Source: Candidatus Stahliibacteriota bacterium (GTDB lineage: Bacteria > Hydrothermota > Tepidihabitantia > B3-TA06). From it: DNA of 64,000 nucleotides. Location of the stretch: positions 1,170 through 65,169 of the forward strand of contig SOJW01000020.1 in the NCBI GenBank assembly GCA_004375895.1. Reading direction: 5' to 3'. Each line of letters begins with the position of its first letter. The stretch's first letter is position 1. Positions 1-8,217 of this stretch are shown in pieces. The position numbers and the translations under genes were made by a program. A model generated the notes under the pieces. It had not been told where the DNA came from. It made no database searches and saw only the letters and a program-made list of their open reading frames with translations.

Positions 1-2
1 AG

Positions 3-710
3 CGCACCGGCAAGCGGACGATGATGTTCCTCCGGGGACCTGTATTCGCAAACATAATCCTTGCCGACGAGATCAACCGCACCCCGCCAAAGACTCAGGC
101 CGCGTTGCTTCAGGCGATGCAGGAGCGCCAGGTCACGGTGGGCGGCATCACCTACGACCTTGATCTTCCCTTCGCTGTGCTGGCCACTCAGAACCCAATC
201 GAGCAGGAGGGAACCTATCCTTTGCCCGAGGCGCAGCTTGACCGCTTTATGTTCTCCATACCCGTGGATTACCCGTCGTCTGACGAGGAGGAGGAGATCG
301 TGAAGGAGACCACCTCGGCGTATCTGCCCAAGCTTCAGGAGGTTGTCTCGAAGAAGGAGATCCTTGAGTTGCAGATGCTGATGCGCCGGGTGCCGGTCTC
401 GGATGCGCTTATCAAACAAGCGGTGGCGTTGGTGGCAAGGACAAGGCCCAACAAGGCCAACAAGCTTGGCTACATCAACCAGTATGTGAGCTGGGGAGCG
501 GGTCCGCGGGCGTCGCAGTATCTGATATTGGGGGCAAAGGCGCGGGCGATACTTCGGGGTGAGCTGACACCGGGTGAGGAGGATTTGAAGGCCATGGCGC
601 ATCCGGTATTAAGGCACAGGTTGGTGACCTCGTTCGCTGCCGAGGCTGAGGGTGTTACCACCGACGATCTCGTGGACAGGCTGCTTGCCGAGGCCGGCGC
701 TTTCACTTAA
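3..710 (+). CDS. MoxR-family AAA+ ATPase, C-terminal part (5' end outside window)
   Basis: ORF open to the left edge; [28 protein letters not shown]...[23 protein letters not shown] is the MoxR core. Confidence 0.85.
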   Translation, partial: RTGKRTMMFLRGPVFANIILADEINRTPPKTQAALLQAMQERQVTVGGITYDLDLPFAVLATQNPIEQEGTYPLPEAQLDRFMFSIPVDYPSSDEEEEIVKETTSAYLPKLQEVVSKKEILELQMLMRRVPVSDALIKQAVALVARTRPNKANKLGYINQYVSWGAGPRASQYLILGAKARAILRGELTPGEEDLKAMAHPVLRHRLVTSFAAEAEGVTTDDLVDRLLAEAGAFT

Positions 711-736
711 AGTTCGTGTGGCGCTTGGCAGGGGTG

Positions 737-838
737 TCAAATGGGGGATTCTACGATGCGGATTTCATCCTCGGTCAGGTCGTAGAGCTTGTATACAAGC
801 TTGTCAATCTCACGGTCGAAGCAATCGGTAGAGCAGAG
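737..838 (-). pseudogene. Relic of a restriction-modification enzyme C-terminus (no start codon)
   Basis: Minus-strand frame reads ...DREIDKLVYKLYDLTEDEIRIVESPI*; identical 23-aa motif to ORF 1990..2187; stop lies inside the GTGTCAAATGGGGG motif. Confidence 0.5.
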
Positions 839-840
839 AT

Positions 841-1941
841 TTAAGATTCCTTGCCAGCACGACCATGTTTGTGGCGATGGTGAAGGTCGGGCTTGTGACG
901 GTGACTATGGGTTACTTGCTCGTGCTCATGCAGATGAGAATGACTGTCGCCTGTCGTGCTTTCGTTATCCGAATGTGCGTGGTGTAGGTCGTCGTGGCGG
1001 TGGCGATGCTCATGCACAATCGGTCCATGAGTATGAATATGCGCGTGTCTTTCGCCGAGAAGGAGCCAGGCTCCAGCCACCATGAGTAGCGCTGAGACAG
1101 CGAACTGCCAGGTGAATGTCTCCCTGAAAAGCAGGAAAGAGAGGAGCATGCCAAAGAACGGGGCTGTTCCGAATAATGCGCTCGATCTTGCCGCTCCCAT
1201 ATTCCGCATGGCAAGGATAAAGAGAACGATACTGACGCCGTAGCTTAAGCTGCCGATGGCAAGGGCCAGGGCTATCAACTCAAAAGGCGGTAGCTTCTGC
1301 CGCAAGAGCAGCGCCAGGACAAGTGAAAAAAGCCCTGCAGCCAGTCCCTTAATCACAACTATCGCAAAAGGGTCTTTTCCGGAAATTGCGCGTGTGAAGT
1401 TGTTGTCCGCCCCCCAAAGCACGCAAGCACCGAGCACTCCAAGAGCGCCCAGGGAGAAACCCCACGCGCCGCCCCATTTTAGGGACAAAAGAATGCTTGC
1501 GAGCGTGATTACGGCGACTGCTATCCAGGTGCGCAAACCGCCGGACTCGCGGAAGAAGAGCACTGCGATGAGCGTTGTTGCGACAGCTTCGAAATTCAAA
1601 AGAAGTGAAGCAGTTGCAGCAGGCGTTGACTTGAGGCCGAAGAGAAAAACAATTGGCGCGGCTACCCCACCCGCAAGAACTGCTCCGGATAACCACGGCA
1701 GATCCTTAAGACGAAGAGGGGCCTCAGCCTGAGTCCAGGTTTTGCGAGTCTTGCGCAGTAACAGCAAAAGGAATGCCCCCAGCCCGCTTCCCAAATAAAG
1801 AAAGGAAGCCAGCGGAACCGGTTCTACACGGCTCAAAAGCAGCTTGGCCGCAGGTGCGCTAGCTCCAAACAGGGCTGCCGCCAGAAGGACTTGAAGGATT
1901 GGGAGTAGAAGCTGACTCTTGTAAGCGCCTTTGTTATTCAT
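841..1941 (-). CDS. EamA/DMT-family multipass transporter with a His-rich C-terminal tail
   Basis: Hydrophobic multipass protein with two EamA-like halves; last ~68 aa contain 22 His (HAHIHTHGPIVHEHRHRHDDLHHAHS...HSHRHKPDLHHRHKH). Confidence 0.8.
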   Translation of the reverse strand: MNNKGAYKSQLLLPILQVLLAAALFGASAPAAKLLLSRVEPVPLASFLYLGSGLGAFLLLLLRKTRKTWTQAEAPLRLKDLPWLSGAVLAGGVAAPIVFLFGLKSTPAATASLLLNFEAVATTLIAVLFFRESGGLRTWIAVAVITLASILLSLKWGGAWGFSLGALGVLGACVLWGADNNFTRAISGKDPFAIVVIKGLAAGLFSLVLALLLRQKLPPFELIALALAIGSLSYGVSIVLFILAMRNMGAARSSALFGTAPFFGMLLSFLLFRETFTWQFAVSALLMVAGAWLLLGERHAHIHTHGPIVHEHRHRHDDLHHAHSDNESTTGDSHSHLHEHEQVTHSHRHKPDLHHRHKHGRAGKES

Positions 1942-1989
1942 CTTGAGGATACGATACTTGAGCGGAGAAAAAAATCAAGGGAAATACAT

Positions 1990-2187
1990 TCAATTCCCTT
2001 CCACAATCCTTATCTCATCCTCGGTGAGGTCGTAAAGCTTGTACACCAGCTTATCAATCTCCCGGTCGGTGTAGTCAATCTGACGCTTGAGCGCTTCGCT
2101 TTCGTGGGAGGACACCCTCTCAGGGTGTCCGGGCAGTCTGGAGAGGCTGCCCTCCTTTGAAGTCTCAAACTCCCTTAACTTATCCAT
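1990..2187 (-). CDS. 65-aa ORF carrying an RM-methyltransferase-type C-terminal helix (relic or small protein)
   Basis: ...DREIDKLVYKLYDLTEDEIRIVEGN*; LVYxLYxLTxEEIxIVE tail is typical of type IIG/type I RM enzymes; own consensus promoter 5 nt upstream of the ATG. Confidence 0.5.
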   Translation of the reverse strand: MDKLREFETSKEGSLSRLPGHPERVSSHESEALKRQIDYTDREIDKLVYKLYDLTEDEIRIVEGN

Positions 2188-2192
2188 GCCTA

Positions 2193-2221
2193 AATATACT
2201 CCAATTGTTAGGGAGTGTCAA
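2193..2221 (-). promoter_or_regulatory. Sigma-70 promoter, probably leaderless, for the 65-aa ORF
   Basis: Minus strand TTGACA-17 nt-TATATT-taggc-ATG; the -35 lies inside a GTGTCAAATGGGGG motif copy. Confidence 0.6.
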
Positions 2222-2231
2222 ATGGGGGGTA

Positions 2232-3461
2232 TCAGGTGATTAAGAATTCTTCTTCCTTGGCTTGTTTCCTTTGATTACATCTTCTATGGGCAAGTTGAGC
2301 GTTGCTTTCGACTGTTTTTCCGCCCTTCGCCCAAGGTACGATGTGGTCTAGTGTTACATTTTGATAGCGCTTGACTTCTTTTTTGCAAATCTGGCATATA
2401 TGTTTTGAATCCCGGCGCCAAATCTTTTGTTTCAAAGCCGCGGGAAAATTTCTCGTTTGATCTAGCTTTTGGGAATGCTTTAACACTAACTCACTTATTA
2501 TCTTCACTCTCTCCTCCCTCTTTGTTTTTTGTCTTATAGCACCCAATACACTCTTTTTGTACTTCTCGGAGGGATCAACTATGAAATCAAGTAAATCCTT
2601 CTTTAGCGCATCCGGTTTCCTTAGGATATAATACTTGTTGATCAGTAAACCTATCGCAAGAAACAAGCTAATGAAATGGGTTCTTTTACCGAAAGAAGAC
2701 GCTTGGATATCTTGTTTTGAAAACAATGTTTCGATATTCGCCAGGGTTTTTCTGAATTTGGATTTCAATTTTGATGATTTACTCTCCGATATATTTCTAT
2801 TGGTTTTTAAGCAGGAATCAAGCTCAGGCTTCCTACCGCTTGCCACGACACCCTTATTCAAGCAGTTACAAAGATCAATGATGTCGTCTAGTGGAATCAT
2901 TCTCTTGACGTTCTCGTTCGTGTATATAAGATCTTCATAGAAGTGTCTATGCTCAAGGTAAATTTCCTTTACCATTTCAAGGATGTTAGTTTTATCATAT
3001 TCATTATTCCATTTTTCCATGTTATTCAACTTTATGCCAGTACTGTTAATTCTTTGGAACAGAAAATTAATATCTGGTTGATTGAAATTCTGAAGATAGT
3101 GGCCATTGAATTTGTAAGTCGTGATCTTCTGTTGAGTCGTGCGATCTAAGTCTTTGAAAAAATATTCCTTACCATCTATCTTTATTACGAATTTGTTGTC
3201 TAGAAATCTATAGATAGCTGTAAGCCTTTGTTGCCCATCAACCACATAATGAACGCTGCATCCCTTCTTTGCATCGTATTCTTCTGTCAGATAGAACTTC
3301 GGAATTGGCATCCCTTTCAGAATAGAATCGATTAATAATTGCTCATCCCTAAGCTTCCATATATAACCTCTTTGCCAATCGGGATCAGAAATTAACTCCC
3401 CCCTATCCATTTTCCCCTTTAGCTCATGAATTCTCAATTCCCAATTATAGTATTCTACCAC
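2232..3461 (-). CDS. DUF262 (ParB-like, DGQQR) + C-terminal HNH endonuclease; GmrSD-like candidate type IV restriction enzyme
   Basis: YVVDGQQRLTAIYRF and FQRINSTGIKLNNMEKW (DUF262); CQICKK...LDHIVPWAKGG...NAQLAHRRCNQRK (HNH); GTG start after GGAGG; markedly AT-rich. Confidence 0.85.
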   Translation of the reverse strand: MVEYYNWELRIHELKGKMDRGELISDPDWQRGYIWKLRDEQLLIDSILKGMPIPKFYLTEEYDAKKGCSVHYVVDGQQRLTAIYRFLDNKFVIKIDGKEYFFKDLDRTTQQKITTYKFNGHYLQNFNQPDINFLFQRINSTGIKLNNMEKWNNEYDKTNILEMVKEIYLEHRHFYEDLIYTNENVKRMIPLDDIIDLCNCLNKGVVASGRKPELDSCLKTNRNISESKSSKLKSKFRKTLANIETLFSKQDIQASSFGKRTHFISLFLAIGLLINKYYILRKPDALKKDLLDFIVDPSEKYKKSVLGAIRQKTKREERVKIISELVLKHSQKLDQTRNFPAALKQKIWRRDSKHICQICKKEVKRYQNVTLDHIVPWAKGGKTVESNAQLAHRRCNQRKQAKEEEFLIT

Positions 3462-3480
3462 GGTAGCCTCCTTTTAGAAA

Positions 3481-3508
3481 ATTATAACCAAAATCCTAAA
3501 CTTGTCAA
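3481..3508 (-). promoter_or_regulatory. Consensus sigma-70 promoter of the DUF262-HNH gene
   Basis: Minus strand TTGACA-16 nt-TATAAT, then AAAAGGAGG and GTG start. Confidence 0.7.
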
Positions 3509-3562
3509 CCCCTCTTTGCGCTGGGCGGTGACTTGACATCTCCCTTGGGTCAGGTCAGCGTC

Positions 3563-3587
3563 GGTTTTTGCCAAAAATACCCCGAAA
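3563..3587 (+). repeat. Right-boundary box copy 1 (GGTTTTTGCCAAAAATACCCCGAAA)
   Basis: Near-identical to 8089..8115; followed by TGACGAGTT (3658..3666), as in copy 2. Confidence 0.7.
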
Positions 3588-3605
3588 TTGCCCCAAAATG
3601 TCCAA

Positions 3606-3649
3606 CTTTTGGGTAGCTTTTGACCACCTTTTGACCACCTTTTGACCAG
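3606..3649 (+). repeat. Four tandem 11-bp units CTTTTGACCAC/G (iteron-like)
   Basis: cttttgggtag cttttgaccac cttttgaccac cttttgaccag; exact 11-bp period; related pair at 12586..12607. Confidence 0.85.
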
Positions 3650-3706
3650 CTTAATTGTGACGAGTTCGATGTAAACCTGGCCTGGTTTGCCCGGCAAGGG
3701 CAGGGC

Positions 3707-3735
3707 TTGACATCGCCCTTGGGGAGGGGTATAGT
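3707..3735 (+). promoter_or_regulatory. Sigma-70 promoter of the GlmL-like gene
   Basis: TTGACA-17 nt-TATAGT, 18 nt before GTG 3754; the -35 region CTTGACATCNCCCTTGGG is duplicated at 3533..3550. Confidence 0.6.
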
Positions 3736-3753
3736 AGTGGAATGGAGTAGTTT

Positions 3754-6606
3754 GTGAGATTGCGAGACGCAAAGCTTATCCTTGTTACCGACGTGGGCAG
3801 CACCACGACCAAGGCGCTTTTGATTGCGCGCGAGGGGGACAAGTTCCGCTTCGCCGGTGAGTTAGAGGTGCCCACCACCGTGGAGAAACCTGCAGAAGAC
3901 GTCAAGATTGGGGTGCTTGAGTCGGTGCGGGGGCTTGAGCAAAAGACCGGCACCACGCTCCTTGCCGACGGCAAGATAGCGATCCCATATTTGACCACCA
4001 GCTCGGCGGGCGGCGGGCTACAGATACTTGTGTTCGGGCTATCCGCACTTGAGACCGGCCGCGCGGCCCAGATGACCGCCTACGGCGCTGGCGGGGTGAT
4101 TCTGCGAACCTTCACCATAGACGATCAGATACCGGCGGTGGACAAGATGCGTCTCATCCGCGAGCTTCACCCTGATTTGATTCTGATGGCCGGCGGCGTT
4201 GACGGCGGTGCGATCTCGGGCGTGGTTCGTCTAGCCGAGCTTTTGTCCCTGGCCGATCCTGAGCCGAAGTTCAGGCTCTCGGAGCGCATCCCGCTTGTCT
4301 TCTGCGGCAATGTGGACGCGCGCGGGTTCGTTACACGTGTGCTTGAGGGGAACTTCGAGCTGTATATCACCGACAACATCCGCCCCAGCATGACCGAGCT
4401 TGCGACCGAGCCTGCCAAGCGCAAGGTGCACGAGCTTTTCATGGAGAACGTGATGGAGCGCGCGCCTGGCTACGCCGAGCTTAAGAACTGGGTGGCCGCG
4501 GACATCATGCCCACCCCTGCCGGGGTCGAGAATATCTTAAGGCTCTACGGCGAGAAGCTTAGCCAAAACATCCTTATGGTAGACATGGGCGGCGCGACCA
4601 CCGACATCTTCTCGAATATAGGCGGAGCGTATCATAGAACGGTGGCGGCCAACATCGGGATGAGCTACTCGGTATCGAACGTCCTTGCCGAGGTCGGCAT
4701 AGAGCGGATAATGCGGCACCTGCCTGGGGGTTTCACAGAGACCGAGGTGCGGGATTACATCTCGGGCAAGATGCTTAACCCGACCTACGTGCCCGGGCAG
4801 GCATGCGAGCGTGTGCTGGAGCAGGCCGCGGCCATTGAGGGGATCAACCTAGCCTGGGAGCAGCACAAGGATATGAACTTCAAGGTCTCGCGGATCGGAC
4901 GCCTGGACAGGAGACGATTACGCAAGGACGTCAATAAGTTCGAGGAGCTGTTTTATCTGAACGAAGAGCGCTACTTCCAGCTTTCGGATATCGATTTGAT
5001 CATCGGTGCTGGCGGCGTACTCTCGCATGCCGACCGAGTCGAAGAGGTCTTATGGATGCTTGCCGAGGGGTTCAGGCCATCGGGGATCACGAAGCTCGCG
5101 GTTGACCGCCACTTCAAGAGCCCTCACCTTGGGGTGCTGGCAAAGCTGGACGCTGAGGTTGCGCTTGATCTTTTTAAGGGCGAATGTCTGCAGGAGATCG
5201 GCTACGTTGTAGCGCCTGTGGGCAAGCTTCATCCCAAACGGCTGGCACTGACCATCAAGGATGCCCGAGGCTCAAAGGCCTATGCCCTTAAAGGCGGGGA
5301 GCTGCTGTATCTTCCCCAGGGCGGCGAGTTGGAGATACTGCTGGAGAAGGGGTTATGTATTCGCAACAACCTTGAGCGCTTTGAGTTAAAAACCTCCCTG
5401 CCCGTGCTTTTCGACTGCCGTGGCAGGGGCGAGAAGCTGTTGGGCGTGCCGCTTGCCTGCTCAGGGATAGAGGAGTTCTCACCAGCCGCAGGGACGTTCA
5501 AAACAGAAGTAAGGAAGGAAGCGGCTGAGATATCTGCAGGCACCTACAAAATCCAGCGCCGGCTCCCATACGAGGGCGAGATATTCGTCAAGCCCGGCCA
5601 GGAGGTGAAGCCTGACGATATCATAGGAGAGAACCGGTTCGGGCCGCCCAAGCTTTATATCATCGATATGCAGCGGGTGGTAGGATACGATAAGCCGTTA
5701 AGCGAGGAGGACTTCCTTGAAGGTCTCAAGGTAAAGATCGGTGATACGGTCAAACTCGGCCAGAACATCTTTCACTTCAAGCCCAAAGGCGCATTGCAGA
5801 TTCCATACAACTATCAATCCCCCATCAGGGGCATAGTGACGGGTATCGAGCAAGCCAGTAAGATGATAATAATGCGGGAGATCCAGGACTACGACGGCAG
5901 ACCCCACGTTGTAGACGTAGCCGGGAAGCTGGACATAAAGCCCGGACACATCAAGGCATACATGAAGTTCCAGGAGGGCGACTTTATCGAGATCGGTCGT
6001 ATAATTGCCCAAAACACATCCCAGGGCCGATTCCTGGTGGCAAAGGCCACCTCAACCGGGATGTTGAAGAAGATAGATACAAAGAAGGGCACGGTTACGA
6101 TCCAGTACCACATCACGCCGATACCGTTGCGCTCGTTCGTTTCGGGCAAGGTGAGCAGGGTGAAGGAGAACCTCGGCGTCGAGATAACCGGTCAGGGCAC
6201 AACGCTTTACGGCATCATAGGCTTCGGCGGCGAGGCTTCGGGCAAGATTCTTCTGAGCTCTCGCGAGCCGGACAGCTCTGCCAAAGCAAAGATTGTGGTT
6301 ACCTTTAATCCCGTTGACGAGGCTTTCTTGAGAAAGGCTGCTGAGGCAGGTGTTGCCGGGCTAATCGCGCCCTCGATTCACAACGCCGATTGGGTTCGCT
6401 TCTACGGGGAAGAGATCGGCGTGGCGCTGACAGGCGACGAGCAAATCCCGTTTACGTTGATACTTACCGAGGGGTTCGGTCGCTTTGCGATGAACGAGCG
6501 CTACCGCAGCTTCTTTGAGGCCGCGACGGGCAAGCTAGCCAGCCTTTCGGGCCGCACCCAGATACGCGCCGGCGTCACAAGACCCACGGTTATCGTAAGC
6601 GAATAG
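3754..6606 (+). CDS. GlmL/MutL-type ASKHA ATPase domain fused to a ~450-aa uncharacterised C-terminal region
   Basis: VTDVGSTTTKALL and MVDMGGATTDIFS phosphate-binding motifs, as in the glutamate-mutase accessory protein GlmL; C-terminal half has repeated KxGDxVxxGQxI barrel-like motifs. Confidence 0.6.
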   Translation: MRLRDAKLILVTDVGSTTTKALLIAREGDKFRFAGELEVPTTVEKPAEDVKIGVLESVRGLEQKTGTTLLADGKIAIPYLTTSSAGGGLQILVFGLSALETGRAAQMTAYGAGGVILRTFTIDDQIPAVDKMRLIRELHPDLILMAGGVDGGAISGVVRLAELLSLADPEPKFRLSERIPLVFCGNVDARGFVTRVLEGNFELYITDNIRPSMTELATEPAKRKVHELFMENVMERAPGYAELKNWVAADIMPTPAGVENILRLYGEKLSQNILMVDMGGATTDIFSNIGGAYHRTVAANIGMSYSVSNVLAEVGIERIMRHLPGGFTETEVRDYISGKMLNPTYVPGQACERVLEQAAAIEGINLAWEQHKDMNFKVSRIGRLDRRRLRKDVNKFEELFYLNEERYFQLSDIDLIIGAGGVLSHADRVEEVLWMLAEGFRPSGITKLAVDRHFKSPHLGVLAKLDAEVALDLFKGECLQEIGYVVAPVGKLHPKRLALTIKDARGSKAYALKGGELLYLPQGGELEILLEKGLCIRNNLERFELKTSLPVLFDCRGRGEKLLGVPLACSGIEEFSPAAGTFKTEVRKEAAEISAGTYKIQRRLPYEGEIFVKPGQEVKPDDIIGENRFGPPKLYIIDMQRVVGYDKPLSEEDFLEGLKVKIGDTVKLGQNIFHFKPKGALQIPYNYQSPIRGIVTGIEQASKMIIMREIQDYDGRPHVVDVAGKLDIKPGHIKAYMKFQEGDFIEIGRIIAQNTSQGRFLVAKATSTGMLKKIDTKKGTVTIQYHITPIPLRSFVSGKVSRVKENLGVEITGQGTTLYGIIGFGGEASGKILLSSREPDSSAKAKIVVTFNPVDEAFLRKAAEAGVAGLIAPSIHNADWVRFYGEEIGVALTGDEQIPFTLILTEGFGRFAMNERYRSFFEAATGKLASLSGRTQIRAGVTRPTVIVSE

Positions 6607-6617
6607 ACTATACTAAA

Positions 6618-6632
6618 GGTGTCAAATGGGGG
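6618..6632 (+). repeat. GGTGTCAAATGGGGG motif copy (left boundary of AT-rich islet 2)
   Basis: Same 15-mer at 733..747, 2215..2229 (1 mismatch) and 13958..13972 (1 mismatch). Confidence 0.8.
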
Positions 6633-6656
6633 AAGAGATATAGAGGGAAACGGCTG

Positions 6657-6685
6657 TTGACAACGAAGAGATTCGGACTATTATT
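6657..6685 (+). promoter_or_regulatory. Putative promoter of the DUF488 gene
   Basis: TTGACA-17 nt-ATTATT in AT-rich DNA; GGAGA SD before ATG 6716. Confidence 0.4.
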
Positions 6686-6715
6686 ATATAATAAAACAGA
6701 AAGGAGAAACGGATA

Positions 6716-7183
6716 ATGAAACCGTGGGTTCTCTATACAATCGGTTATCAAGGTATTTCAATCGAGGAACTGATTGGGGATCTCAAACAAAATAACGTGA
6801 AGTGCATAGTGGATGTTAGGCGTAATGCTATTTCCCGAAAGCAAGGTTTCTCAAAAGAATCTTTGCGGAAGTCATGCCAAGCTGCTGAGATTGAATACTT
6901 CCATATCCCTCAGTTGGGCATTGAAAGTAAGATGCGACGTGGGCTAAAGGCTAATTGGGAATATGTAAAGTTATTGGACACTTACGAGAAAGAGCTTCTC
7001 CCTCAGAAAGAAGAATATATAAATGAGCTTAGGAGAATCGTCGAATCGCAAGTCTGCGCGCTTTTCTGTTTTGAAGCGACTCCCCAACTATGCCATCGTA
7101 GTAGGCTCGCTGCTAAGTTAGAAGAAATATCCCATTTAAGGATTAGACATCTGGAGCCTGCTTGGGACTTAGCAAGTACATAA
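6716..7183 (+). CDS. DUF488-family protein
   Basis: LYTIGYQGISIEELI...KCIVDVRRNAISRKQGFSK...FCFEATPQLCHRS matches the DUF488 pattern. Confidence 0.75.
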   Translation: MKPWVLYTIGYQGISIEELIGDLKQNNVKCIVDVRRNAISRKQGFSKESLRKSCQAAEIEYFHIPQLGIESKMRRGLKANWEYVKLLDTYEKELLPQKEEYINELRRIVESQVCALFCFEATPQLCHRSRLAAKLEEISHLRIRHLEPAWDLAST

Positions 7184-7974
7184 AAAAGAAAGTTCTCATA
7201 ACAATTAAGACCTATCCCCTTCCTTCTCCATTCCACAGAGAAATAGTTTGTACTGGTGGGATTGAAGAAAACGGAGGGTTTATAAGACTTTATCCCATAA
7301 GTTTTAGATACCTAGATTGGTGGAGGAGATACAGAAAGTATGACTGGATAGAAGTGGAGTGTGAAAAAAGCAATGACCCTCGCAAGGAAAGCTATAAACC
7401 CAATCAGCAATCTATTAGGATAATTGGATATATCCCAACCAAAAGGGGGAATTGGGATGAAAGAGCCAAACACGTTTTGCCTAATTTGTCAAAATCCATA
7501 GAGGAGCTTAAAGAGCAACAGAAAATCGAGAAAACTTCTATGGGGATCATAAGACCCAAAGAGATAGAGGATTTAGTCGTAGAAAAGGATGAAGAAGATT
7601 GGCCAGATAGATGGAAGAAGGTTTTCAAACAGCTAAACCTCATAGGTCCAAATCAAAAGCCACTCGATAAAATACCCTTTAAGTTCTCCTATAAATTCAC
7701 TTGCGACGATGAAAGATGTCGGGGCCATAAGATGATGATCTCTGATTGGGAAGTCGGCGCATGTTATCTCAATGTTCTGAAAAGCGGTTCTTCCCCAGAA
7801 GAGGCGGCTCAAAAAGTACGCCAACAGTTTTTCGATAGGATCTGTTCCCCAAAACGGGATACGTATTTCTATGTAGGTACGCTTCTAATACACCCCCAAA
7901 CCTGGATCGTCGTGGGACTTTTTTATCCTAAAAAGAAAAACTTTCCTCAAAATAAACAGAAAAGATTTTTGTAA
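7162..7974 (+). CDS. Hypothetical 270-aa protein, no family recognised
   Basis: Long ORF in an AT-rich islet with no in-frame ATG near the 5' end (TTG 7162 overlaps the DUF488 stop by 22 nt); CDDERCRGHKMMISDWE Cys/His cluster. Confidence 0.6.
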   Translation: MGLSKYIKKKVLITIKTYPLPSPFHREIVCTGGIEENGGFIRLYPISFRYLDWWRRYRKYDWIEVECEKSNDPRKESYKPNQQSIRIIGYIPTKRGNWDERAKHVLPNLSKSIEELKEQQKIEKTSMGIIRPKEIEDLVVEKDEEDWPDRWKKVFKQLNLIGPNQKPLDKIPFKFSYKFTCDDERCRGHKMMISDWEVGACYLNVLKSGSSPEEAAQKVRQQFFDRICSPKRDTYFYVGTLLIHPQTWIVVGLFYPKKKNFPQNKQKRFL

Positions 7975-8088
7975 CCATAATTTTGATCCCTTTATTTCCT
8001 ACCTCTTACTTTTCGGCCTTTTGGCGTAGAGTAGGTAGAAGAGGGGGCGGAGGGAAATTGTGGCGGCCTTTTTTCACAAATCTGCACC

Positions 8089-8115
8089 GGGTTTTGCTCA
8101 AAAATACCCCAAAAA
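8089..8115 (+). repeat. Right-boundary box copy 2 (GGGTTTTGCTCAAAAATACCCCAAAAA)
   Basis: Aligns with 3563..3587; TGACGAGTT recurs at 8139..8147. Confidence 0.7.
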
Positions 8116-8170
8116 ATGCGACGAATGCCATTAAAACCTGACGAGTTTGCGCGGCGTGGGACGATATATC

Positions 8171-8198
8171 TTGACAAATAGACCGTGGCGGCTATGCT
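8171..8198 (+). promoter_or_regulatory. Sigma-70 promoter of the small OM protein gene
   Basis: TTGACA-16 nt-TATGCT, then TAGGAGG and ATG 8218. Confidence 0.6.
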
Positions 8199-8217
8199 TA
8201 TAAAATTAGGAGGCAAG

